64,000 bases of DNA, from assembly GCA_014376525.1 (NCBI GenBank), contig JACMRI010000001.1:3871-67870 (forward strand), written 5' to 3'. Source of the stretch: Bacteroidia bacterium. GTDB taxonomy: Bacteria > Bacteroidota > Bacteroidia > UBA4408. The stretch's first letter is position 1. Each line of letters starts with the position of its first letter. A program made the translations under genes and the position numbers. The notes below the pieces were generated by a model. It did no database searches and had not been told where the DNA came from. It saw only the letters and a list, made by a program, of their open reading frames with translations. Shown here piece after piece: positions 38,042 to 48,584 of the stretch.

Positions 38042-39169
38042 ATGAACTTACATATATATCCTTCTGTTTTTAAAAACGAATCTCGCATACTTAAAGAAAC
38101 CAAAAGTTGTATTGATTTAGGCATAACTAATACGGTTGTGGTATGCGCGTTACACACTAATGGAGTAAACGAAAACGACATTATAGACAACAACAGAAGT
38201 GTAAAACGTTTAAAAATACCATTTGGAAATGCAATAGGAGGCAAGCAAGCAATGTTTAAACTATTTTTCTTTAATATATATACTATCAAATATGGCTTAA
38301 AAATTAAGCCACAACTTATTAATTGCCATAGTTTAACAGTACTAGTAAGTGGGGTTGTACTAAAATTATTTACTGGTGCAAAACTAGTTTACGACACACA
38401 TGAATTAGAAACCGAAAAAGCAGGAATGGGTAATGTAAGACGTATTATTGCTAAGTTGTGGGAACGAGTTTTAATTCAATTTGTAAATGGAGTTATAACT
38501 GTAAGTCCGTCAATTAACGATTGGTATATTAAAACGTATAAACTCAATAATTGCGTGTGCGTGCGAAACATTCCTTACCAACAAATTAATGCACCATCAA
38601 AAAATAGTATTTTAAGAGATGAATTTAAAATAGAAAGTGATGCTATCATTTATATTTATCAAGGATTATTTTCGAGAGGTAGGGGTATAGAGCTTATGCT
38701 TTCTACTTTTGAAAAACTCCCCATAAACAACCATCTTATACTTATGGGTTATGGACCATTAGAGGTACTTATACAAAAATATACCGCACAATTTCCAAAC
38801 ATACATTTTAAAGCAGCTGTTGCACCAGCAGATATTATAAAATATACGTCAAGCTGTGATGTAGGAATAGTGCTTATTGAAAACATTTCGTTGAGTTATT
38901 ATTATAGTTTGGCTAATAAGGTGTTTGAATATATGCTATCGGGTCTTCCTATTATAACAAGCAATTTTCCTGATATGCAAAATTTGGTAACCACATACAA
39001 TTGTGGGTGGAGCATAGAACCAAGTATTGAACAACTAAAAAAAATTATTTTACAGTTAACTACTCAAGAAATAGAAAATAAAAAAAATAATTTAAGCACA
39101 ATTAATAAAAATTTGTGTTGGGAAAAGGAAGAGTGTAAATTGCAACAATTTTATAAACAATTAGTTTAA
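38042..39169 (+). CDS. Glycosyltransferase family 4 (GT-B, GT1 superfamily)
   Basis: C-terminal E-x7-E region EYMLSGLPIITSNFPDMQNLV. GT-B two-domain size (375 aa). Confidence 0.7.
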   Translation: MNLHIYPSVFKNESRILKETKSCIDLGITNTVVVCALHTNGVNENDIIDNNRSVKRLKIPFGNAIGGKQAMFKLFFFNIYTIKYGLKIKPQLINCHSLTVLVSGVVLKLFTGAKLVYDTHELETEKAGMGNVRRIIAKLWERVLIQFVNGVITVSPSINDWYIKTYKLNNCVCVRNIPYQQINAPSKNSILRDEFKIESDAIIYIYQGLFSRGRGIELMLSTFEKLPINNHLILMGYGPLEVLIQKYTAQFPNIHFKAAVAPADIIKYTSSCDVGIVLIENISLSYYYSLANKVFEYMLSGLPIITSNFPDMQNLVTTYNCGWSIEPSIEQLKKIILQLTTQEIENKKNNLSTINKNLCWEKEECKLQQFYKQLV

Positions 39170-39196
39170 TTTTAAACAGAAAATAAAACGTTACAC

Positions 39197-40324
39197 ATGA
39201 ATTTAAATTATAAAATATGCACACGTTGTATAATGGATACAACCGATAGCAACATTACTTTTAGTACTCTTGGCGTATGTAACCATTGCTTAAATTATGA
39301 CGAACAAAAAAAGTTAAGAGTTTGGGATGGCACACAAGCAAAAATAGAATTAGAAAAAATAGTAAATAAAATAAAAAAAACAGGCTTAAATAATACCTAC
39401 GATTGTATAATAGGAGTTAGCGGAGGAGTTGATAGCACTTATGTTGCATATGTAGTTAAGCAACTTGGATTACGCCCACTTGCTATACATTTTGATAACA
39501 ATTGGAATTCTGAACTTGCAGTAAGTAATATTGAAAAAACATTAACAACACTAGATATAGACCTGTATACTTACGTTATTGATTGGCCTGAATTTAAAGA
39601 TTTACAACTATCTTTTCTTAAAGCTTCAACTCCTGATGGAGAAGTACCAAGCGACCACGCAATAAATGCCCTACTATACAAGGAAGCTAATAAGAGAGGG
39701 ATTAAGTATATAATAAATGGAATGAATTATGCATCAGAATCTATTGCCGTGCACTCGTGGGCGTATGGGCATACAGATTGGAAATATATTAATGGAGTTC
39801 AAAAAAAATTGGGCTCTTTAAATTTAAAAAATTACCCACACTTTAATTTTTTACAATTATTTTATTGGACATTTATTAAAAAAATTAAATCAGTAGCAAT
39901 ACTAAATTTTATAGACTATAATAAAGAAGCTGCAATGGATGTTTTACAAAAAAAATTAAATTGGAAATATTACGGTGGCAAGCATTACGAGTCTATATAT
40001 ACGCGTTTTTATCAAGGATACATTTTACCTAAAAAATTTAATATTGATAAACGTAGAGCGCACTTATCTGGCTTAATTCTATCGGGGCAAGCAACCCGCG
40101 ACCAAAGTTTAATTGATATTAAAACTAATCCGTTAGATTTAAATGTAGAAAAAACAGACAAGGACTTTGTTATGAAAAAGTTAAATTATTCAGAAGTTGA
40201 ATTTAACACAATGATGAACGCTCCATTAAAAACATTTAACGATTACCCAAACAATCACAATCTAGTAATGCGTATTAAAAACATTGTTAATTTAATGCGT
40301 AAAAATGGACTTTATTCAAAGTAA
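39197..40324 (+). CDS. N-acetyl sugar amidotransferase (WbuX/LfnA-like PP-loop ATP pyrophosphatase)
   Basis: N-terminal Cys pairs CTRCIMDTTDSNI ... CNHCLNY (zinc ribbon). PP-loop GVSGGVDSTYVAYVV. The layout matches the LPS-biosynthesis N-acetyl sugar amidotransferase family that partners HisH/HisF paralogues. Confidence 0.7.
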   Translation: MNLNYKICTRCIMDTTDSNITFSTLGVCNHCLNYDEQKKLRVWDGTQAKIELEKIVNKIKKTGLNNTYDCIIGVSGGVDSTYVAYVVKQLGLRPLAIHFDNNWNSELAVSNIEKTLTTLDIDLYTYVIDWPEFKDLQLSFLKASTPDGEVPSDHAINALLYKEANKRGIKYIINGMNYASESIAVHSWAYGHTDWKYINGVQKKLGSLNLKNYPHFNFLQLFYWTFIKKIKSVAILNFIDYNKEAAMDVLQKKLNWKYYGGKHYESIYTRFYQGYILPKKFNIDKRRAHLSGLILSGQATRDQSLIDIKTNPLDLNVEKTDKDFVMKKLNYSEVEFNTMMNAPLKTFNDYPNNHNLVMRIKNIVNLMRKNGLYSK

Positions 40325-40330
40325 ATATTA

Positions 40331-40903
40331 ATGATAAATAAAATTACACCACTAACGCTAACCGCAGTAGCTAAAGTGCACAAAGAGGTTTACTTAAAAA
40401 ATCATTTTTCTAGTTTAATGTCACCTCAAAAAACAGAAGAGTTTTACAGCTATCAAATAGCGCACAACGAGCACTGCTATAGTTACACCTTCAACAACGA
40501 AATTGTAGCATTTATTATTTCAGGAAAAAACACCAATAAAGCAGTTAATTCATTTATTATGAATAATAAACTTTATTTATTATTTGTAACCATTAGTAAT
40601 CCTCGCTTTTTATTACAAAAAGCGAAACAATTTATAAGCGTATTATTGAGCAATAATAAAGAGAAATTTGAAATACAGCCATTTAGATTACTTAGTGTAG
40701 CAGCCTCTTCAAAGGTGCAAGGCAAAGGTGTTGTGGTGCGTTTTTTTAACGAATATCATAGCGTTTTAAAAACACATGGTATTAATAGTTATGGCTTATC
40801 TGTTAAATCGGACAATACTCGCGCTATAAAACTATACGAAAAATTAGGTTTTGAAATTGAACATATTGAAAAAACCTCAATATATTATAAAATAACTTTA
40901 TAA
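40331..40903 (+). CDS. GNAT-family N-acetyltransferase
   Basis: C-terminal GNAT motif LSVKSDNTRAIKLYEKLGFEI. Acetyl-CoA binding region VQGKGVVVRFFNE. Confidence 0.5.
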   Translation: MINKITPLTLTAVAKVHKEVYLKNHFSSLMSPQKTEEFYSYQIAHNEHCYSYTFNNEIVAFIISGKNTNKAVNSFIMNNKLYLLFVTISNPRFLLQKAKQFISVLLSNNKEKFEIQPFRLLSVAASSKVQGKGVVVRFFNEYHSVLKTHGINSYGLSVKSDNTRAIKLYEKLGFEIEHIEKTSIYYKITL

Positions 40904-40924
40904 CCTCACTTAAGAAACAACACT

Positions 40925-41557
40925 ATGAACCCTAAAAAAATACTTGTACTTGCACCACATACTGATGATGGTGAATTTGGCTGTGGTGGAACTATTAACA
41001 AACTTATAAGTGAGGGTAACGAAGTATACCTTGCTGCTTTTTCGGCTTGCCAGCAATCTGTACTACCACAATTTCCTTCAGATATATTGATAACAGAAGT
41101 AAAAGCAGCTACCATAAAATTAGGTATAAAACCCGAAAACTTAATATTGTTTAATTATGATGTACGCACATTTAACTATCGCAGGCAAGATATACTGGAC
41201 GATTTAATAAAATTACGCGCAAAAATAAAACCCGATATGGTATTTATACCATCACTCAACGATATACACCAAGACCATAAAACAATAGCCGAAGAAGGAT
41301 TGCGTGCATTTAAATTTAGTACCATACTATGCTACGAAATGCCTTGGAACAATATTACGTTTACCACCTCATCGTTTTTTATATTAACTGAAGCCAACGT
41401 GCAGGCAAAAGTAAATGCTTTAGGCGAATACAAATCGCAAGCACATCGCCCCTACGCTAACGAACGTTTTATACGCTCACTTGCCAATACACGTGGCGTA
41501 CAAATAGATCAAGAATACGCTGAAGCATTTGAAGTATTGCGCTGGATTAATAATTAA
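40925..41557 (+). CDS. PIG-L/LmbE-family N-deacetylase
   Basis: ILVLAPHTDDGEFGCGGTI and a downstream HQDH motif are hallmarks of the PIG-L zinc-dependent de-N-acetylase family. Confidence 0.75.
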   Translation: MNPKKILVLAPHTDDGEFGCGGTINKLISEGNEVYLAAFSACQQSVLPQFPSDILITEVKAATIKLGIKPENLILFNYDVRTFNYRRQDILDDLIKLRAKIKPDMVFIPSLNDIHQDHKTIAEEGLRAFKFSTILCYEMPWNNITFTTSSFFILTEANVQAKVNALGEYKSQAHRPYANERFIRSLANTRGVQIDQEYAEAFEVLRWINN

Positions 41558-41571
41558 ACAAATTTAAAAAA

Positions 41572-42483
41572 ATGGTAACTTTACAGGCTATACAAGATAA
41601 ATATAAAAACTACACCGTATTAGGCGAGTTAAATACACCTATAGTTAAAATAGTACAGCTCAATATAGCCCTACAACCCAATGAAATGGCTTGGTGTGCT
41701 GACAAAAACAAAGAGCAACTTTTACAACTATCCGCAGGTACTGTAATAGTAAGTAACGAAGTATATTTATGGTTTATTGATGTAAAAAAAGAATTTAACA
41801 ACCTCAATTTTATAATTGTTGATGCAGCTCGCCGAGCATTTTTAAAAATAGTACAAACGTTTTTTACGGTAACAAAACCTGTAGGCTCAGTAGCCGCAAG
41901 TGCATATATTCACCCATCAGTTATTATAAATACAAGCAAGTGTAACATAGGGCACAACGTTGTTATAGAGGCTAATTGTACTATTGGTAATAATGTAGAG
42001 ATTGGCAACAACACGGTGATACTTGAAGGAACAATAATTAACGACAACGTAAAAATAGGCTGCAACAATACTATAGGAGGAGTAGGATTTGGTTATGAAA
42101 AAGACGAAAACGGTAATTACGAGCTTATACCGCACATAGGCAACGTAATTATAGGTGCAGGCGCCGAAATTGGCAGCAATAATTGTATTGACAGGGCGGT
42201 ATTAGGAAGTACTTTAATAGAAAAAAATGTAAAAATAGATAACCTTGTACATATTGCACATGGAGTTATTTTACGAGAAAACTGCCTTATAATAGCCAAT
42301 GCCATGATTGGTGGAAGTACCGAAATTGGCAAAAACACATGGGTAGCACCATCAACATCTATTATGCAAAAATTAAAAATTGGCAACGATGCTTTAATAG
42401 GTATGGCTGCTGTAGTACTTAAAGATGTAGAAGATAGAAGTGTAATGGTAGGTAGCCCCGCTAAAAAAATAAAAACACTATAA
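41572..42483 (+). CDS. LpxD-like left-handed beta-helix (hexapeptide) N-acyltransferase
   Basis: An LpxD-like N-terminal domain is followed by >10 hexapeptide repeats (IGHNVVIEANCTIGNNVEIGNNTVILEGTIINDNVKIG...). Confidence 0.65.
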   Translation: MVTLQAIQDKYKNYTVLGELNTPIVKIVQLNIALQPNEMAWCADKNKEQLLQLSAGTVIVSNEVYLWFIDVKKEFNNLNFIIVDAARRAFLKIVQTFFTVTKPVGSVAASAYIHPSVIINTSKCNIGHNVVIEANCTIGNNVEIGNNTVILEGTIINDNVKIGCNNTIGGVGFGYEKDENGNYELIPHIGNVIIGAGAEIGSNNCIDRAVLGSTLIEKNVKIDNLVHIAHGVILRENCLIIANAMIGGSTEIGKNTWVAPSTSIMQKLKIGNDALIGMAAVVLKDVEDRSVMVGSPAKKIKTL

Positions 42484-42486
42484 CCA

Positions 42487-43503
42487 ATGTTAGTATCAGT
42501 AATTATACCTTGCCGAAACGAAGTTAAGTATATTGAAGAGTGCATTAATGCTATATACAACTCTAGTAATATAGATTTTGAAACTATTGAGGTATTAATT
42601 ATTGATGGAAAAAGTAACGATGGTACACTGCAAATTATCAAACAATTACAACAAAAGTACCCAACATTAAAACTTATTGAAAACACATTACAACTTACAC
42701 CCTATGCATTTAATTTGGGTATAAATAATAGTGTAGGAAAGTATGTTCAAATTATAGGAGTGCGACAAATAGTAAAACCCAATTACATAAGTAATGCAAT
42801 ACACACACTAACCAACAATTCCGAAATTTGGTGTGTTGGAGGAAAAGTAATAAATGTATTTGAAAACAATGATAGCGAAACAATTGCAGCAGCCATGAGT
42901 AGTTGGTTTGGTGTAGGTGGCGGAAATTTTAGAATACTAACACAATCTGCTTTTGTTGATACCGTAGGTACACCTATGTATCCACGTGCTGTGTTTGATA
43001 AAATTGGATTATTTGACCAAGATTTAGTACGAAATCAAGATGACGATTATAATTATAGAGTTACTTATGCTGGCGGAAAAATATTTTTAAACGTTGATAT
43101 TGCTGTAAAGTATTATGTACGTGCCTCGTTTCAAAATTTATTCAAACAATACTATCAGTATGGGTATTGGAAAGTATTTGTAAATAAAAAACATAATACA
43201 CTCACCACATTACGTCAATTAGTACCCGCGTTGTTTGTATTATATTTACTATCATTAATAGTAATAGCAGGTGTTTTACCAAATATATATTTTGGAGTAT
43301 ATTTTGTGGGAATGTTAATTTACATCCTATCCGCATTATATGCTGCATCTAAAGTTAGTACAATTAGTACTAATTATTTTAAAATAGTAGGCACTTTTTT
43401 TATATTACATCTATCTTACGGTTTTGGCTATTTGGAAGGATTAATGCAGTTTGTAATACTTAAACGTGCCCCCAAAAACAGCAGTAAAACTTTAAGTAGA
43501 TAA
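42487..43503 (+). CDS. Glycosyltransferase family 2 with C-terminal TM helices
   Basis: VSVIIPCRNE N-terminus, DG.S.D and D.D-type motifs (QDDDYNYR), and a C-terminal hydrophobic region. Confidence 0.75.
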   Translation: MLVSVIIPCRNEVKYIEECINAIYNSSNIDFETIEVLIIDGKSNDGTLQIIKQLQQKYPTLKLIENTLQLTPYAFNLGINNSVGKYVQIIGVRQIVKPNYISNAIHTLTNNSEIWCVGGKVINVFENNDSETIAAAMSSWFGVGGGNFRILTQSAFVDTVGTPMYPRAVFDKIGLFDQDLVRNQDDDYNYRVTYAGGKIFLNVDIAVKYYVRASFQNLFKQYYQYGYWKVFVNKKHNTLTTLRQLVPALFVLYLLSLIVIAGVLPNIYFGVYFVGMLIYILSALYAASKVSTISTNYFKIVGTFFILHLSYGFGYLEGLMQFVILKRAPKNSSKTLSR

Positions 43504-43517
43504 CAAACCAACAACAT

Positions 43518-44753
43518 ATGTTAAACAACATAAAATATAGCAGTACTTCTATTATACTATCGTTACTGTGCTTTAGTTTACCATTATTTAAATTTTTAGC
43601 ACCTCTATTTATAATTTTATTGTGCGTAGATACTTTGTTTAATCTAGCTAAAAAAGATTTTTTTACGGCAACCAACAAAAGTTTATTATTACTTATTATG
43701 TTTTATTTGCTAACCATTATAAGTTATTTTTTTGCTTATAACAAAAGTATTGCTGGTTTTGAGTTAGAAGTAAAACTTTCGTTCTTAATACTTCCCTTAT
43801 GTTTTATTTTTAATAACAAAATTAAAAAGGTAACGATTGTTTTATTATTAAAATCCTTTGTATTTGGTTGTTTAGTAAGTTCTTTGCTATGCTTAGTGCA
43901 TAGCTCTAAAATATATTTTAGCACTCATCTTTTTGATTCGTTTACCTACGACAATATTTCTTTTTTTCATCACTCTAGTTACTTTGCAATGTATTTACAA
44001 GTTGCATTATTAGTTTCACATTATTTAATTAAAAGCACATCTACCACTTCTTTATTTCGTGCGGTGTATTCATTTTGTATTATAATTTTTGCGGTAATTA
44101 TTATTTTATTAGCTGCAAAAATTAGCATTTTGCTTCTTGCTATATACATACCTTATGGTTTATATGTATTAGTTTTAAAAAACAACAAATGGTTTGTAAA
44201 CGCTTTAGTTGTTGTATTTTTCCTTACTACAACTCTGTTTATTTTCAATAAAAGCGCAGTCTTACAATTACGCATAAGGGAAGGAGTTTCCAATGCTTTA
44301 ATTCCTGTAACATCAATCAATGCTAAAAGCCCCGATGTTTCATCTTCGCAAATGCGAAAATTAATTTGGCAAGATGCCATCACACTTATTAAACAAAAAC
44401 CATTAGGCTATACCACTGGAGACGTGGACTCAGCATTAGTTATACAATACATAAAAACTGAAAACGCACTAGCAACACAAAAACATTTAAATGCTCACAA
44501 TCAATTTCTACAAACTACTTTGGCACTGGGTATAGTAGGTTTGCTAACGTTACTTTCGCTACTTTATTATCCATTATTCAAACTCAACAAAGAGGCTTGG
44601 TTTTTTTATTTATTTTTCTCACTCATTATTACTTTTAATTTTTTAACAGAATCTATGTTACAAACACAGTCAGGCATTGTGTTTTTCGTGTTAAGTTATT
44701 GTATACTCGTGTCTAGCAATACCAAAACTATTACTCAGTATAAAATGGAATAA
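43518..44753 (+). CDS. O-antigen ligase-family membrane protein (Wzy_C domain; WaaL/Wzy-like)
   Basis: ~11 TM helices. The periplasmic-loop motif NAHNQFLQTTLALGIVGL matches the H-N-x-x-L conserved region of the O-antigen ligase family. Confidence 0.55.
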   Translation: MLNNIKYSSTSIILSLLCFSLPLFKFLAPLFIILLCVDTLFNLAKKDFFTATNKSLLLLIMFYLLTIISYFFAYNKSIAGFELEVKLSFLILPLCFIFNNKIKKVTIVLLLKSFVFGCLVSSLLCLVHSSKIYFSTHLFDSFTYDNISFFHHSSYFAMYLQVALLVSHYLIKSTSTTSLFRAVYSFCIIIFAVIIILLAAKISILLLAIYIPYGLYVLVLKNNKWFVNALVVVFFLTTTLFIFNKSAVLQLRIREGVSNALIPVTSINAKSPDVSSSQMRKLIWQDAITLIKQKPLGYTTGDVDSALVIQYIKTENALATQKHLNAHNQFLQTTLALGIVGLLTLLSLLYYPLFKLNKEAWFFYLFFSLIITFNFLTESMLQTQSGIVFFVLSYCILVSSNTKTITQYKME

Positions 44754-44935
44754 ATACTTATTTTAGCAATATTATTTAAAATGATTATAAATTACAATCG
44801 TATTCAATTTAACTATGTTTTTGTAACCTTTCGCACTATTTTGAATAGTAAATTTGCATAAATAAAATACTGGTATTAACTTTTTTAATAACAATAAAAT
44901 AAACTCTAATAATAACTAATAATCAACAAAAACAA

Positions 44936-45733
44936 ATGGAAGTAAAAAACAAAATCGGATTCCTAAATTCGGGTATTGGTCAAAAAGTAACAATGGCACT
45001 TACAGGCCTATTCTTGTGCATATTTTTAATAGTGCATTTAACAGGTAATTTTCAGTTATTCCACCACGATTCAGGTTTAGCATTTAATGAATATGCGGTG
45101 TTTATGACTACCTTTCCGCCTATCAAATTTGTATCGTATGGTTTGTATGCTATGATACTTTACCACGCATTTAAAGGCTTACATCTTGCATACAAAAACA
45201 CTAAAGCACGCCCAGTAAAATATCAAGTGGAAAAAGCAAGTGCCAACAGCCCCTGGACAAGCCGTTACATGGGAGTATTAGGTACTATTATTTTAGTGTT
45301 TATATGTACACACATGAGTAATTTTTGGTGGGAATATCACAACGGACCTATTCCACTTACCAAGTACGAAACCAGCTTGGTAAACGGTACTATGACAGCA
45401 AGTACCTATGTGGGCGAAATAGCAGGCAAAAAGCTAGAGTACAACAATGCCGATAATACTTTACACACCGTTATTATTAAAGATTTGTACGTAGTAGTGG
45501 CAGAAGCTTTCCACAACATTGGCTTAGTTATACTCTATGTATTAGCAATGGCTGCATTAGGCTTTCACTTGGTGCATGGTTTTCAAAGTTCTTTCCAAAC
45601 CGTTGGTTTTAATCATGTACGCTATACCAAGGTTATACAAGCCATAGGTATATATGTTTTTGGAATAGCTATTCCTATTGCATTTGCGGCTATGCCTATT
45701 TATTTTTATTTATTAAGCATCCACTTAATTTAA
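44936..45733 (+). CDS. sdhC: Succinate dehydrogenase / fumarate reductase cytochrome b subunit (Bacteroidetes type)
   Basis: Five TM helices with conserved His residues. It lies immediately upstream of sdhA and sdhB. Confidence 0.6.
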   Translation: MEVKNKIGFLNSGIGQKVTMALTGLFLCIFLIVHLTGNFQLFHHDSGLAFNEYAVFMTTFPPIKFVSYGLYAMILYHAFKGLHLAYKNTKARPVKYQVEKASANSPWTSRYMGVLGTIILVFICTHMSNFWWEYHNGPIPLTKYETSLVNGTMTASTYVGEIAGKKLEYNNADNTLHTVIIKDLYVVVAEAFHNIGLVILYVLAMAALGFHLVHGFQSSFQTVGFNHVRYTKVIQAIGIYVFGIAIPIAFAAMPIYFYLLSIHLI

Positions 45734-45758
45734 CTTTTTTTAAAACTATTTATTTGAT

Positions 45759-47675
45759 ATGATACTAGATTCAAAAATACCTACAGGTCCGTTAGACCAA
45801 AAATGGGGAAAATATAAAGGCGATGCCAAATTGGTAAATCCAGCCAATAAGCGTAAATTAGAAATTATAGTAGTCGGTTCAGGGCTTGCAGGTGCTTCGG
45901 CAGCAGCAAGTTTTGCCGAGTTAGGTTACTCTGTAAAAGTATTTTGTTACCAAGATAGTGCGCGTCGCGCACACAGTATAGCTGCACAAGGAGGTATTAA
46001 TTCAGCCAAAAATTATAAGAACGACGGCGATAGCGTGCATCGTTTGTTTTATGATACTATAAAAGGGGGCGATTTCCGCTCAAGAGAAGCCAACGTATAT
46101 CGCCTTGCCGAAGTATCTACAGGTATCATAGACCAATGTGTGGCGCAGGGAGTACCGTTTGCACGTGAGTATGGGGGGTTGTTAGATAATCGGTCATTTG
46201 GTGGGTCGCAAGTATCACGTACATTTTATGCAGCAGGACAAACTGGCCAGCAATTATTATTAGGAGCGTATTCGGCCATGATGCGTCAAGTAGGCTTAGG
46301 TACAGTAAAAATGTATGGTCGCCACGAAATGCACGAGGTTGTTACTATAGATGGAGTAGCAAGGGGTATTATAGCTCGTAACTCCGTTAATGGAGAATTG
46401 GAACGCCACTTTGGACACGCAGTAGTATTAGCAACTGGTGGCTACGGTAACGTATTCTTTTTAAGTACTAATGCTATGGGTTGCAACGTTACTGCGGCTT
46501 GGAAAGCGCACAAAAAAGGTGCAGCATTTGCTAATCCTTGTTTTACACAAATACACCCTACTTGTGTGCCTGTAAACGGCGATTATCAATCAAAACTTAC
46601 GTTAATGAGCGAATCGTTGCGCAATGATGGGCGTATATGGGTGCCAATGCATAAGGAAGATTGTAAAAAAGATCCTCGTCAAATAGCCGAAGAAGACCGT
46701 GATTATTATTTGGAACGCAAATATCCATCATTCGGTAACTTAGCACCACGAGACATTGCAAGCCGTGCTGCCAAAGAAGCCTGCGATGAAGGACGTGGAG
46801 TTGGCGAAAGCGGTTTAGCCGTTTATTTAGATTTTGCTGATGCTATAAAACGCAAAGGATACGATGCTATAAAAGCAAGTTACGGTAACTTGTTTGATAT
46901 GTACAAACACATTACCAACGAAAATCCTTACGAAATACCTATGCGCATATATCCTGCAGTGCATTATACAATGGGCGGTTTATGGGTAGATTATGAATTA
47001 ATGACATCAGTAAAAGGTTTGTATGCCGCTGGCGAATGTAACTTTAGCGACCACGGTGCTAACCGCCTTGGGGCATCTGCACTTATGCAAGGTTTGGCCG
47101 ACGGTTACTTTGTATTGCCATATACCATTGGTAACTACTTAGCCGGCGAAATATTTACAAAACCAATAGACTTAAATCACCCTGCGTTTGTGGAGGCCGA
47201 AAACATAGTTAAAGAACGTTTTAATAAACTATTAAGTATAAAAGGAACTAGAACCGTAGATGATTTTCACCGTGAGTTAGGTAAAATTATTTGGGATTAT
47301 TGTGGTATGGCTCGTACACGCGAAGGCTTAACCAAGGCTAGAGTTATGGTACAAGAATTGCGTGCACAGTTTTGGAAAGATGTAAAAGTAAGCGGCACTA
47401 CCGATTCTCTAAACCCCGATTTGGAAAAAGCAGCACGTGTTGCCGACTTTTTGGAATTAGGAGAATTAATGATTGTAGATGCACTAACCAGAGAGGAATC
47501 GTGCGGAGGACACTTCCGAACCGAGTATCAAGATGCAGGCGAAGCACAACGTAACGATGAACTTTTTGCATTTGTATCGGCTTGGGAATATACTGGCGAT
47601 AATAAAGATGAAATATTGCACAAAGAACAATTAGTGTACGAAAATATTAAATTACAAGTACGTAGTTATAAATAA
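45759..47675 (+). CDS. sdhA: Succinate dehydrogenase / fumarate reductase flavoprotein subunit
   Basis: FAD dinucleotide-binding [14 protein letters not shown]. Covalent-FAD His region [13 protein letters not shown]. Catalytic HYTMGG and RLGASAL motifs. Confidence 0.9.
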   Translation: MILDSKIPTGPLDQKWGKYKGDAKLVNPANKRKLEIIVVGSGLAGASAAASFAELGYSVKVFCYQDSARRAHSIAAQGGINSAKNYKNDGDSVHRLFYDTIKGGDFRSREANVYRLAEVSTGIIDQCVAQGVPFAREYGGLLDNRSFGGSQVSRTFYAAGQTGQQLLLGAYSAMMRQVGLGTVKMYGRHEMHEVVTIDGVARGIIARNSVNGELERHFGHAVVLATGGYGNVFFLSTNAMGCNVTAAWKAHKKGAAFANPCFTQIHPTCVPVNGDYQSKLTLMSESLRNDGRIWVPMHKEDCKKDPRQIAEEDRDYYLERKYPSFGNLAPRDIASRAAKEACDEGRGVGESGLAVYLDFADAIKRKGYDAIKASYGNLFDMYKHITNENPYEIPMRIYPAVHYTMGGLWVDYELMTSVKGLYAAGECNFSDHGANRLGASALMQGLADGYFVLPYTIGNYLAGEIFTKPIDLNHPAFVEAENIVKERFNKLLSIKGTRTVDDFHRELGKIIWDYCGMARTREGLTKARVMVQELRAQFWKDVKVSGTTDSLNPDLEKAARVADFLELGELMIVDALTREESCGGHFRTEYQDAGEAQRNDELFAFVSAWEYTGDNKDEILHKEQLVYENIKLQVRSYK

Positions 47676-47727
47676 TAGTTACGCTTATTACACGCCTTTT
47701 ATCCAACTTATTTAAAACATTTACACT

Positions 47728-48474
47728 ATGAAATTTACATTACAAATATGGCGACAAGCCAACAATAAAGCACAAGGCAAAATGGTGGATTATCAAATTG
47801 ATAATATCAATGCCAATATGTCGTTCCTTGAAATGATGGACGTGCTTAACGACCAAATAATACGCAAAGGCGAAGAGCCAGTTGCCTTTGACCACGATTG
47901 CCGCGAGGGTATATGCGGTATGTGTAGTATGCACATAAACGGAAGAGCTCATGGGCCTTTAAAATTAAGTACCACTTGCCAGTTATATATGCGCAATTTT
48001 ACTGATGGCGAAACTATTACTATAGAGCCGTTTCGTGCTAAAGCATTCCCAGTATTAAAAGATTTGATTGTTAACAGAGGCGCCTTCGATAATATACAAG
48101 CAGCAGGCGGATTTATATCAGTAAGTACTGGGCAAGTAAAAGACGCCAACAATATTCCTATCAACAAAGAAGATGCAGATATGGCATTTTATGCAGCAGC
48201 CTGCATAGGTTGTGGTGCTTGTGTAGCAGCTTGCAAAAATGCTTCGGCATCGTTGTTTGTATCGGCTAAAGTATCGCAATACGCATTATTACCACAAGGA
48301 CAAACCGAACGTAACGAGCGTGTACTTGCCATGGTAAATCAAATGGAAGTAGAAGGCTTTGGGAGCTGTACTAACACTGGTGCTTGCGAGGCCGAATGCC
48401 CTAAAGGAATAAGCATAAGCAACATAGCACGCATGAACCGCGATTATATTTCTGCGGCAATTTCGGCTAAATAA
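47728..48474 (+). CDS. sdhB: Succinate dehydrogenase / fumarate reductase iron-sulfur subunit
   Basis: 2Fe-2S motif CREGICGMC. 4Fe-4S / 3Fe-4S motifs [11 protein letters not shown] and [12 protein letters not shown]. Confidence 0.85.
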   Translation: MKFTLQIWRQANNKAQGKMVDYQIDNINANMSFLEMMDVLNDQIIRKGEEPVAFDHDCREGICGMCSMHINGRAHGPLKLSTTCQLYMRNFTDGETITIEPFRAKAFPVLKDLIVNRGAFDNIQAAGGFISVSTGQVKDANNIPINKEDADMAFYAAACIGCGACVAACKNASASLFVSAKVSQYALLPQGQTERNERVLAMVNQMEVEGFGSCTNTGACEAECPKGISISNIARMNRDYISAAISAK

Positions 48475-48496
48475 GTTACAAACTCAATAATAAAAA

Positions 48497-48540
48497 CTTA
48501 ACGCCAGTAGATTTTATTAATTATTGGTGTTAAGTTTTTT
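48497..48540 (+). terminator. Putative Rho-independent terminator downstream of sdhB
   Basis: Imperfect stem CTTAACGCCA / TGGTGTTAAG (one G-U pair, extended by a flanking A:T run) with a ~18-nt loop, followed by TTTTTT. Confidence 0.45.
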
Positions 48541-48584
48541 AAATGAAAAAAAATATTTACACCTTGGTAGCTATACATTCCCTT

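Noticed and set aside
42117-42686. 189-aa minus-strand ORF overlapping the LpxD-like acyltransferase and GT2 genes
   Set aside because: Shadow ORF of the hexapeptide-repeat gene. The repeat periodicity creates long open antisense frames.
47372-47554. 60-aa Arg/Cys-rich ORF inside sdhA in another frame
   Set aside because: Embedded in the highly conserved SdhA C-terminal coding region. It is a compositional artefact of the locally higher GC.
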